A DNA stretch of 64,000 nt, taken from the NCBI GenBank assembly GCA_963707335.1, contig CAVPQD010000010.1, positions 31,676 to 95,675 on the forward strand, given 5' to 3'. Made by a program: the position numbers and the translations under genes. This document shows positions 38,028 through 47,115 of this stretch, one piece after another. The notes under the pieces were generated by a model. It ran no database searches. It had not been told where the DNA came from and saw nothing but the letters and a program-made list of their open reading frames with translations. The first letter of the stretch is position 1; each line of letters begins with the position of its first letter. Source of the DNA: an uncultured Thermoleophilia bacterium. GTDB lineage: Bacteria > Actinomycetota > Thermoleophilia > UBA2241.

Positions 38028-40083
38028 GTGACCTACAAGGTCTACAGGACAGGAGAGGACGAGCCCGTGAGGGTCGCGCCGCTGACGCCGCGCGAGCCCC
38101 GCCCGCTGAGCCGTCGCGACCGTGCGGCGGCTCCGCGGGCGGCCGCGGGCGGCTCCTCGCTGTGGCGCCGCATCCTGTGGTGGGTGCTCATCGCGCTGGC
38201 CGCCGCCGCCCCGGCGTCCTGGCCTGGCGGTACGGTCGGGAGCTGTGGGACAACTCGCTGGCCGGCCTGGATCTGGCCAAGAGTCTCCGGCAGGGTGCCG
38301 GGCTGGGCGCTCTACGGCGCCCCGGCGCTCGCCGCCGCGATCGTCGCGCTCACCGCCGTCTACCTGGCGTTCGGCCGGCACGTGGTGCTCAAGTCCCTGG
38401 GGCTGGCCGTCGTCGTCGTCGCGCTCGGCGCCCCCGGCTTCGCCGTGGGCTGGGCCAACGGCACCGTGGGCACCGTCGGCCACCGCAGCCCGGAGGTCAA
38501 GACGACCGTCGCCGAGACCAAGCAGCAGCTCAAGAGCGAGCTGCCGGGCAAGGCCACGAACATCCTGCTCATCGGCCGCGACATGGCCTCGCCCGGCGAT
38601 CGCCGGCCGCTCCGACTCACAGATCCTCGTGCGGTTGGACCCGGCGACGAAGAGCATCTCGATGCTGTCCCTGCCGCGCGACCTGCGTGTGGAGATCCCG
38701 GGCGTGGGCTTGCGACAAGATGAACGCGGCCTACACCTACGGCGGCCCGGCCCTCGTCGTGCAGACGTTCAGCCGACCTCACCGGCCTCGACATCAACCA
38801 CTTCATCGAGATCGATTTCGCCGGTTTCTGGCACACCGTCAACATCCTCGGCGGCGTGTACATCCCGGTGGACCATCGCTACTACAACCCCGAGAGCAGC
38901 AGCTGGAAGTCCATCGACATCGAGCCCGGATACCAGCTCATGCACGGCCACGATGCCCTGGACTTCGTGCGCTTCCGGCACGACCAGCAGGGCGACTTCA
39001 CGCGCATGCAGCGCCAGCAGCTGTTCCTCAAGGAGCTGCAGCGGCAGTCCGGCCGCTGGAGCGGCGACTGGAGCCGCGTCCTGCGCATCATCAAGGCGCT
39101 CACGGCGCAGACCACGTCCGATATCGACTCGCTCCGGAAGCTGGCGCCGCTCGTGCGGCTCATCTTCGCCGTCAACACCTCGAATGTGAACACGGTGCAC
39201 GTGGAGGGGACCACGCCGACCATCGACGGGCGTCTCCTACGTCGAGGCGTCGCCGGCCGAGATCGCCCAGGCCGTCGCCGAGTTCACGAGCCCGGTGAAG
39301 CGGAAGACCAAGTCCAAGCGGACCCAGGATCACGCAGGGCATGTACGACGTGACCGTCCACAACACGACCGGCATCGCCGGCCTCGCCACGTCGGTGTCG
39401 GACCAGCTCAGCGGCATCGGCTACCGGACGACGGTGGGCGTCGACGCAGCCGAGTCGCCGAGCACGGCCACCGAGATCTATGCGCCGACGCAGCTCACGG
39501 ACGCGGCGCAGACGCTGGGCGACATCCTGTGGCCCTCGGAGGTGCACATCGTCGACCGCACGCCCGGTGTGGCCGACGGCATCCAGGTGTTCGTGGGCTC
39601 GCAGTTCGACGGCACCATCCAGCTCCCAGACCGAACAGGCGGACCCAGCCGGCGCAGACCATCGAGCAGGACCAGCAGTACGACCTCGCCTCGTGGCAGC
39701 AGCTCGACGCCGCGACGCCCATCAACCTGCAGATGCCGACCGTCTGGTCGCCGGGGCTGGGCTACGACGAGTTCCGCGCCTACAAGATCGAGACCACCGG
39801 CGGCCGCATGGCCAACGCGGCCGTCGCCGTGGGCACCACGCCGAAAGGCGGCTACTTCGACATCCAGGCCATGCGCTGGCTGGACCCGCCGGCCATCGAC
39901 AACCCTGACGCGAAGCGGGTCGTCGACGGTACCAGGTATCTGTTCTTCTACCAGGGCGAACACGTCCACATGGTCGCCTGGCGGCGCGGCAACACGCTGT
40001 ACTGGGTCCTCAACACGCTGGACAACGAGCTGGACAACGAGCTGATGACCGCCATGGCCACGTCCTTCGCGCGCGTGAAGTGA
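38028..40083 (+). CDS. LytR-CpsA-Psr (LCP) family cell-wall glycopolymer ligase with LytR_C-type and extra C-terminal domains; reading frame broken at least 7 times
   Basis: GTG 38028; N-terminal TM (ILWWVLIALAAAA...) then LCP core pieces in successive frames: ATNILLIGRDMASPGD / ADSQILVRLDPATKSISMLSLPRDLRVEIPGVG / CDKMNAAYTYGGPALVVQTFS / DLTGLDINHFIEIDFAGFWHTVNILGGVYIPVDHRYYNPESSSWKSIDIEPGYQLMHGHDALDFVRFRHDQQGDFTRMQRQQLFLKELQRQ... / LytR_C-like ITQGMYDVTVHNTTGIAGLATSVSDQLSGIGYRTTVGVDAAE...VADGIQVFVGSQFDG / C-terminal ...GLGYDEFRAYKIETTGGRMANAAVAVGTTPKGGYFDIQAMRWL...NTLDNELDNELMTAMATSFARVK* (TGA 40081-40083). Confidence 0.75.
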
Positions 40084-41157
40084 GACGCCTGCGCGCCGCG
40101 CTGCGATGGCTGGACCCGTGGGCCGCGTCGCTGCTCGGGGTGCTCGTCGCTCTCGCCGTCGTCATCCTCCTGGCCACACCCGGTCCCTGGCAGCGCGTCG
40201 TGGGCGAGACGACGCGGGTGCAGCTGGCACCGTCACGGCCGACCGACATGGCCGTGTTCGTGCTGGGAGGGCGCGGCTCGCGCTGCACGGGCGTCCTCTG
40301 GCTTCACGCGGACTACGAGGCCCCGTCCCTGACCGCCGTGCGTGCTGGCGCCGTCGACCCAGGGCCTGGTGAGCGGCGGCGGGTATGCCCCGGTCGACCG
40401 CCTCGTCACCGATGTCGGACCGAAGCAGGCGGCGGCGGCGCTCGGGGCCAGCCTCGGCGTGGACATCGACGCCTGGGCCACGGTGACCAGAGAGGCGCTG
40501 CGCGTCGCGGTGCCGACGATGTTCCCGGCGGGCGACCAGATGGCCCAGCGCCGCGAGTTCCGCCGCGCCGCGGCGGCGTGGGCCGGGGTGGGCGGCGTCG
40601 CCCACGCGTGGCCGCGGCAGTACGAGACGCTCGCCGCGGCGCTGCCCGACACGCCGTTCAGCAGCGTCAACATCGTCGGCTTCTCCAACTACGTCCTGGG
40701 CTTCGGCTTCGTGAAGAGCGACCTCGACCTGCAGGGTGCGGCCTCGCTGGCCCAGCTGCTGCAGGGCCTCAAGCGGGGACACGTGCGGGTGCGCGCGGTG
40801 CCGGCCGTCCTCGAGCGGTGCCGGCGGGCGCGCGCCTGGCGGGTCGACACGGCTGCGCTCGAGCAGCTGCGCGGTTCTCTCGCCTTCGGCGTGGAGCCGC
40901 CGCCACAGTCGGCCGGCCGTGGAACGACGCCGCGTGAGCGCGCGGTCGTCGTGGCGGCGCCTCCCGCCGGCGCCGCCGGTCAGGCGTACCTGGACGAGCT
41001 CAGGCGCCGGCTACGGGTCTCCGCCGGCGCTCCGGTGCGCGTCGAGGCCCTGCGGGTGCCCGCCGGCGCGTCGCTCGCCGCCGCCATCGGCCGGCGGCTG
41101 GACGAGGGCCGGCCACTCGCCGTCGTGATCGCGGCCGGCCTCGCGCCGCTCGGATGA
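40080..41157 (+). CDS. membrane-anchored LCP-like (degenerate LytR-CpsA-Psr-like) protein of unknown function; one frame disruption (about 40340)
   Basis: GTG 40080 overlaps the LCP stop; N-terminal TM (AASLLGVLVALAVVILLA) then MAVFVLGGRGSRCTGVLWLHADYEAPSLTAV / VLAPSTQGLVSGGGYAPVDRLVTDVGPKQAAAALGASLGVDIDAWATVTREALRV... loosely mirrors LCP core order (ILLxGxD..., LxxDP..., xSIPRD...GGxxxID hydrophobic); assignment is by weak motif resemblance only. Confidence 0.4.
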
Positions 41158-41750
41158 GCCGGCGGCCGACGTCGCCGCGCAGATCGAGCGCCGCCGCGGC
41201 GGCGCTGCGAGATCGCGCGCAGCCCGGCCTCGTCTGCGCGCCGTCACCGTCTGTCGGCGACGACGCGGCCTCCCTCGCCGCCGCTCTGGAGGAGACCGGT
41301 CTGCCCGTGGCCGAAGTCCCTGCCTCGGCGGCGAGCGTCGCCGGCGCGGTGTGGGACGCCGGCGCGGCACGCAGCGCGGCGCGCGCCAACGCCGCCACCC
41401 TGGTGCGCGCCTGCTGGCCGGGAGCACTGGCGCCGCGTCTCGTCTCCAGCCGCCTCGCGCTTCAGCTATGCGGCGGCGCGGAGCTCCGCCGTCGCCGTCG
41501 TCGGGCCGGACACCGAGCGCGTGGAGAACGCCGCCGGGCGGCTGCAGACCTATCGGCTTCGCGGCGTCGGCCGCGACGGGCTCGCGCTGGTCGCCGCCGC
41601 TTCAGGTGAGGGCGCGTCTACTATCGCGCCGGCGGCCGCCGCGCGGCTCTCGCCCTGGCGGGAGACCTGGCGCTGCCGCCGGCGGCCGTGATGGCCGAGC
41701 CGGACGCGCCGGCGCAGGTGACGCTGGCCCTGGTGAGATGACGAGAGGCG
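41154..41750 (+). CDS. hypothetical Ala/Arg-rich protein, reading frame broken about twice; coding status uncertain
   Basis: ATG 41154 overlaps the upstream stop (ATGA). Protein-like stretches in three successive frames: ...GLPVAEVPASAASVAGAVWDAGAARSAARANAATLVRACWPGALAPRLVSSRLAL / SYAAARSSAVAVVGPDTERVENAAGRLQTYRLRGVGRDGLALVAAASGEGASTIAPAAAARL / ALALAGDLALPPAAVMAEPDAPAQVTLALVR* (TGA 41748-41750). Confidence 0.3.
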
Positions 41751-41818
41751 CCCTCTTGGCGCCCTCAACGAAACGGGGCGCCCCGCGGGGCGCCCCGACA
41801 CGCGTGCTGTGAGCCTCG

Positions 41819-42189
41819 TCAGGCCCGACGGCGGCGCAATGCGGCGCCGCTTCCGATGAGCCCGATGCCGGCGCCGAGGATCCAGCACGATCTCGCCACC
41901 GGTGAAGGCGAGCTGCCCACCCTGGGATCCCGGCGCCTGGAGACTGGCCAGGTAGTCCGTGAGGACGCCCTCCAGGTCCGAGTACTGCTCGATCGTCGGA
42001 TTGTCCGCGATGTAGTCCAGCGCGGCCTGGATCTGCGGCGGCCGTCCAGTTGCCGTCGACCGTGCCGTCCTGCGCGTCCTTGATGATCGCGTCGATGGTC
42101 GACTGCGGCACCGCCGCCTGTGCGACCACCGCGAACACGAGGATCAGCAGAAGGGCGACAGCGATGGCGCCCAAGAGCTTGGCCTTCAT
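41819..42189 (-). CDS. small secreted surface protein with signal peptide and C-terminal LAFTG sorting signal (class E sortase substrate type); reading frame broken about twice
   Basis: Minus strand from ATG (rc) at 42187-42189: MKAKLLGAIAVALLLILVFAVVAQAAVPQSTIDAIIKDAQDGTVDGNW, shift (about 42040), PQIQAALDYIADNPTIEQYSDLEGVLTDYLASLQAPGSQGGQLAFTGGEIVLD, shift (about 41885), ILGAGIGLIGSGAALRRRRA* (TGA rc 41819-41821). LAFTG (41898-41912) plus hydrophobic segment plus RRRRA tail is the classic cell-wall sorting-signal architecture. Confidence 0.55.
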
Positions 42190-42305
42190 ATGTTCACCCC
42201 CCCTCTCTCGACTTGTCCCGCATAAGCGTACTACGAATTTTGCTTATACCACTCGGCTCTGTCCAATACCACAGTCCCAGTGTGCCCCACGCGCGAGCGG
42301 CCGGA
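42190..42305. promoter_or_regulatory. comparatively AT-rich divergent intergenic region between the LAFTG protein gene (-) and the ligase-like gene (+); likely carries both promoters
   Basis: tatgttcacccccctctctcgacttgtcccgcataagcgtactacgaattttgcttataccactcgg... is locally the lowest-GC stretch in the window; a TATAAT hexamer also occurs at about 42337. Confidence 0.3.
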
Positions 42306-44455
42306 ATGGAGTACTCCTACGAACGTCGTCTGAGCGGCAGTCAGTATAATCCCAACGATGTCGCCAACGGCAAACATGCAGGGCCGCCGCGGAGCGGGGC
42401 CGCGGAGGCTGGCTCGACTCGCTGCCGGTGGTCGTGTCGCTCGCCTGCGTGGCTCTCTTCTCGTTCCTGTCGGGGGGCTACATCTTCACGCGCAGCGCCC
42501 CCATCGCCATCGTGTATCTGCTGCTCGCGGCGGTGTGGGTCTGGTTCCTGCAGGAGACGCTCGCGGCCTCCGGCCTTGTTCCTGGCCGCGCTCGCCGCGT
42601 TCGCCCTGTTCGCAGGCTGGATCGGCCTGTCGATGCTCTGGTCGTTCGGCCCCGACCTGAGCTGGATGGCCTTCGACGTGGCGGCCCTCTACCTGGCCGT
42701 CATGGCGGTCGTCGGGTGCACGCCCGTGCGCCGGCTGCAGCTCCGCCTGGCCGGCTGGGGTTTCCTCGTCGTGGCGACCGCCGTGGGCGTCTACGCCTTC
42801 CTCGGCAAGGGGCTGCCGGACGTTGTCAGACATGCTTACACATATGCGCGACTGGACAGCCCCATCGGCTACTGGAACGTCCTCGCGCTGGTCATGGTGA
42901 TGGGCGTCGTCGTCGCGCTGAGCTTCGCCGGCGACCGCCGCTGCACCCCGTCGCCAGGGCCGTCGCGGCGGCCGCCGCCGTGCCCATGGGCTTCACGTTC
43001 TTCTTCACCTTCTCGCGCGGCGGGTGGGTGGCGCTGGCCGTGGCGCTCGTCGTCTACTTCGCTTTGACCACGACCCGGCTCGCCAGCCTCGCGAGCCTGG
43101 TGGCGGTGGCGGCGCCGGTGGCCGCGGTGGTCTGGCGCGTGCGCGGCCTCGACACGCTCTTCACCGCCACGACGGACGCCGCGCTGCGCACCGCCCAGGG
43201 GCACACGCTGCTGCGCTGGGCGATCGCGGCGCTGGCCGTCACACGCCGGCGTCCAGGCGGGCCTTGCGCTGCTCCAGGGCGCCGTGGCCTGGCCGCGCTG
43301 GTCGCGCATCGCCGCCGGCGCGGCCGTGCTCGTCCTGCTCGTCGGCCTCTCGGCCGGCGCGCTCGTGGCGCTACCTCGAACCGCGCGGCGGCGTGAGCTG
43401 GGTGAGAGAGCGCGTGCAGGTCGCGCTCAACGACACCGACACGCGCTCGACCACCAATCAGGCCGGCCGGCTCGTGTCGCTCAACACCGGCCGGCCCCCA
43501 CTGTGGCGCGAGGCCCTCGAGCAGTCGCGCCACGTCAGACTCGCCGGCACGGGCGCCGGCACGTTCGCCTTCACCCACTACCGCTTCCGCGAGGACGGCG
43601 GCGTGGTGCGGCACGCCCACAGCCAGTGGCTCAACGTCTTGAGCGAGCTGGGCGTCATCGGGCTCGTCCTGTTCGTGCTCGCCATCGTCCTGGCGCTGGT
43701 CGCCTGCATCGGCAATCCGTTCGCCGGTCGCCGCGACCCGCTGCGGCCCCTGGTCGTCGCCCTGCAGGCGGGTGTGCTGGCCTTCATCGTGCACCTGTCG
43801 TGGGACTGGGACTGGGACATGGCCGCCGTCGGCGCGCTCGCCTTCCTGTTCATCGGCGTCACGGCGTCGTACCTGGCCACGCAGAAGTCCGACGCCCGGC
43901 GCGGTGAGACGCCGGCGATGGGGGACGGCGCCGCCGGCGCGACGCCGGCTGAGGTCGGGGGACGGCGCCGCCGGCGCGACTCCGGCTGAGGCGTCACCGG
44001 CCGCGCAAGGCAGTGCGCGCGCGGGGGTCGGAGCCTGGCCGCTGCGCGCCGCCACATCGACGGCCCTCGTGCTGCTGGCCGTCAGCTGGGCCCTGCCGTA
44101 CCTGGCGGCCCGGTCGGAAGCGAGGGCCGTCGCCGCGTCCGCCGACGGTCGCCCGGCGGAGGCGCTCGCCCAGGCGCGCCGCGCCGCCCGGTTCGATCCG
44201 CTCGCGGTCTCGCCGCTCATCAGCGAGGCCCTGTCGCTGCAGCAGCTGGGCCGCAACCGCGAAGCCCTGGCGACGCTGCGCGCGGCGCAGGCGCTGCAGC
44301 CGGACAACTACAGGGTCTACTACTACGAGGGGCTGCTGCAGCTGAAGGCGTTCGCGCGCCGGCAGGCGGCCCTGACCGCGTTCAAGCATGCTCTGGCCCT
44401 GAACCCGCTGGACTTCGACAGCCGGCGGGAAGTGGAGGCGCTGCTCGGCACCTGA
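42306..44455 (+). CDS. O-antigen ligase/polymerase-like (Wzy_C-type) polytopic membrane protein with C-terminal TPR domain; reading frame broken at least 6 times; start uncertain
   Basis: Membrane helices in alternating frames (VVVSLACVALFSFLSGGYIF..., ALFLAALAAFALFAGWIGLSMLWSFG...YWNVLALVMVMGVVVALSFAG, then the Wzy_C-like ...PMGFTFFFTFSRGGWVALAVALVVYFALT..., ...HSQWLNVLSELGVIGLVLFVLAIVLALVAC...FIVHLSWDWDWDMAAVGALAFLFIGV...). C-terminal TPR-like ...ISEALSLQQLGRNREALATLRAAQALQPDNYRVYYYEGLLQLKAFARRQAALTAFKHALALNPLDFDSRREVEALLGT* (TGA 44453-44455). Confidence 0.6.
43921..43992 (+). repeat. 36-bp tandem duplication (2 copies, 2 mismatches) inside the ligase-like gene, coding GDGAAGATPAEV x2
   Basis: ggggacggcgccgccggcgcgacgccggctgaggtc / ggggacggcgccgccggcgcgactccggctgaggcg read directly at 43921-43956 and 43957-43992; a frame change of the gene occurs at the junction. 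Confidence 0.8.
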
Positions 44456-44627
44456 CACCCTGCTCGCGCGCCGTCCGGAGTGCCGCGGGCGGCGGCTGTC
44501 GTGGCCGGAAGGAGAGGGCGTCGCGGAGCCTGCGAGGGCGTCCGCGACCCGGGGTCCGGCCGAGCCCCTATGGTAGACTGGGCCACCGGAACCCGCCCTC
44601 GGAATCGACACGGAGGTACCCTCCAGC

Positions 44628-45944
44628 ATGGATGCCGCTGCCCGGATCGGCGTCGTCGGCACGGGCTACGTGGGCCTCGTGTCCGCGGTCTGTTTCGCCC
44701 ATCTCGGCCACCACGTCGTGTGCATGGACGTCGACGCGGCCAAGATCGAGCGCCTCAAGCGCGGCCAGGTGCCTATCTACGAGCCCGGCCTGGACAAGCT
44801 CGTCGACGACAACGCCGCACGCCTGTCGTTCACGACCTCGTACGACGAGCTGCTCGAGGTCTGCCACATCCTGTTCATCGCCGTCGACACGCCGCCCTCG
44901 CCGTCGGGCGACGCCGACCTGTCGCGGGTGCAGCGCGCCGTGCGGGAGATCGCGGCGCGCGGCGGCGAGCGCCTGCTCGTGATGAAGAGCACCGTGCCTG
45001 TGGGCACGGGCGAAGCGGTCATGGCCGAGCTGGAGGCCCTTGGGGCCGACGGCGTGACCTACGCCTCCAATCCGGAGTTCCTGCGAGAAGGCGCCGCCAT
45101 CGAGGATTTCCTGGAGCCGGACCGCGTCGTCATCGGCTCCTTCCGCGCTCAGGACGGCGACACCGTCGAGGCGCTCTACCGGGGCATCGACACCGACGTC
45201 GTGCGCACGAGCGTGCCGACCGCCGAGATGATCAAGTACGCGTCCAACGCCTTCCTGGCCACCAAGATCTCGTTCATCAACGAGATCGCCAACGTGTGCG
45301 AGCAGGTCGGCGCCGACGTGCGCACCGTGGCCCGCGGCATGGGCCTGGACCATCGCATCGGGCCGCACTTCCTGCGGGCGGGCATCGGCTACGGCGGTTC
45401 CTGCTTCCCCAAGGACGTGCAGGCGCTCAAGCAGCTGGCGGGCAACACGGGCTACCACTTCCAGCTGCTCAACGCCGTCATCGAGGTCAACGCGCTGCAG
45501 AAGCGCCGCGTGGTCGGCAAGCTCAAGCAGCGTCTGGGCGTCTTGCGCGGCAAGACGGTGACCTTGCTCGGCCTCACCTTCAAGCCGCAGACCGACGACC
45601 TGCGTGAGGCGGCCTCCATCGTCCTGGCGGGCCGCCTCATCCACGAGGGCGTCCACGTGCGCGCCTACGATCCCATGATCGACGCCGGCGAGCACCCCCT
45701 GTTCCCCGGCGTCACCATCGTCGGGGACGCGCTGGAGGCGCTCACCGGCGCCGACGCCGTCGTGCTCGTCACGGAGTGGCCCGAGTTCGGCCGGCTGGAC
45801 TGGGCGGCCGCGGCGGCGGTCATGAAGCGGCCGCTGCTCATCGACGGGCGCAACTTCGTGCCGCCGGCGACCGCGGCGGCCGGCGGCTTCGAGTACGAGG
45901 GCGTCGGCCTGGGCGAACCCGAGCCGGCGCCCGTCGCGGGCTGA
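44628..45944 (+). CDS. ugd: UDP-glucose 6-dehydrogenase
   Basis: IGVVGTGYVGLVSAVCFAHLGHHVVCMDVD...GGSCFPKDVQAL... is the UDPG-DH family with catalytic Cys; TAGACT -10-like hexamer 48 nt upstream; intact. Confidence 0.9.
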   Translation: MDAAARIGVVGTGYVGLVSAVCFAHLGHHVVCMDVDAAKIERLKRGQVPIYEPGLDKLVDDNAARLSFTTSYDELLEVCHILFIAVDTPPSPSGDADLSRVQRAVREIAARGGERLLVMKSTVPVGTGEAVMAELEALGADGVTYASNPEFLREGAAIEDFLEPDRVVIGSFRAQDGDTVEALYRGIDTDVVRTSVPTAEMIKYASNAFLATKISFINEIANVCEQVGADVRTVARGMGLDHRIGPHFLRAGIGYGGSCFPKDVQALKQLAGNTGYHFQLLNAVIEVNALQKRRVVGKLKQRLGVLRGKTVTLLGLTFKPQTDDLREAASIVLAGRLIHEGVHVRAYDPMIDAGEHPLFPGVTIVGDALEALTGADAVVLVTEWPEFGRLDWAAAAAVMKRPLLIDGRNFVPPATAAAGGFEYEGVGLGEPEPAPVAG

Positions 45945-45957
45945 GGCTGGTGCCGTC

Positions 45958-47115
45958 GTGAGAGCGCGGCGCGGCACTCCCACCCAGGCCGTCATCCTCG
46001 TCGGCGGCGAGGGCACACGCCTGCGGCCCATCACCTCGCGCGTGCCCAAGCCCGTCGCGCCCGTGGTGGAGCGCCCCTTCGTCGCCTACATCCTGGACAA
46101 CCTCGCCCGGCATGGGGTCGAGCGCGCCATCTTCAGCACGGGGTTCCTGGCCGAGGCCATCGAGGCCGAGATCGGGGACGGCGCCGACTACGGACTGCAG
46201 GTGGAGTACGCCGTGGAGGACGATCCGCTCGGCACGGCCGGGGCCATCGCCAACTGCCGCGACAGGCTGCACGATGACGTGTTCTTCGTGTTCAACGGCG
46301 ACGTCCTGAGCGACGTCGACCTCTCCGCCCTCGCCGCGCTGCACGCGGATCGCGGCGGGATGGGCACGATCTATCTCACGCCGGTGGAGGACCCGCGACG
46401 CTACGGTCTCGTGGAGCTGCGCGAGGACAGCAGCGTGGCCAGCTTCCTGGAGAAGCCTGGGGAGTGGAGCGGCGAGGCGCTCATCAACGCCGGTGTCTAC
46501 GTGCTCGAGCCCGAGGTACTGGACATGATCCCGCCCGGACGCATGTTCTCCATCGAGCGCGGCGTGTTCCCGCGTCTCGCCCAGGCCGGCTCGCTCTACG
46601 GCTATGTCGACCGCTGCTACTGGCGGGACATCGGCACGCCGGAGAGCTACCTGCAGGCGCACATCGATATCCTGGAGTGCACGGTGTACACGGCCGTGGC
46701 GGACGAGCTCGGCGACTCCTACATGTACGTGGCGCCGACCGCGGACGTGGACCCAAGGGCGCGTGTGGTGCCGCCGACCTACGTCGGCGCCGGCGCGCGT
46801 GTGGAAGCCGGCGCCCGGGTCGGCCCCCTGGCCGTCATCGGCGCCGGCGCCGTGATCGCCGAGGGCGCGTCCGTGCTTGAGTCGGTCGTACAGGCGAACG
46901 TCGTGATCGGCGCCCACGCCCAGGTGGAAGGCAGCATCATCGTGCGCGACGCCAGTGTCGGCGCCGGTACCCAGCTGGAGGGCGCCATCATCGGCGAGGG
47001 CGCCGTGGTCGGCGCCGGCAACAAGCTGGCGGGCGGTATCTGCGTGTATCCGGAGACGCGCATCGCGGACAACTCCATCCAATTCTGCGAGCTGTTGCGC
47101 GGCAGGGAGGGCTGA
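45958..47115 (+). CDS. mannose-1-phosphate guanylyltransferase / NDP-sugar pyrophosphorylase (N-terminal nucleotidyltransferase plus C-terminal left-handed beta-helix)
   Basis: AVILVGGEGTRLRPITSRVPKPVAPVVERPFVAYILDNL... is the GxGxRL pyrophosphorylase motif; C-terminal hexapeptide repeats (VGAGARVEAGARVGPLAVIGAGAVIAEGASV...). Confidence 0.8.
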   Translation: MRARRGTPTQAVILVGGEGTRLRPITSRVPKPVAPVVERPFVAYILDNLARHGVERAIFSTGFLAEAIEAEIGDGADYGLQVEYAVEDDPLGTAGAIANCRDRLHDDVFFVFNGDVLSDVDLSALAALHADRGGMGTIYLTPVEDPRRYGLVELREDSSVASFLEKPGEWSGEALINAGVYVLEPEVLDMIPPGRMFSIERGVFPRLAQAGSLYGYVDRCYWRDIGTPESYLQAHIDILECTVYTAVADELGDSYMYVAPTADVDPRARVVPPTYVGAGARVEAGARVGPLAVIGAGAVIAEGASVLESVVQANVVIGAHAQVEGSIIVRDASVGAGTQLEGAIIGEGAVVGAGNKLAGGICVYPETRIADNSIQFCELLRGREG

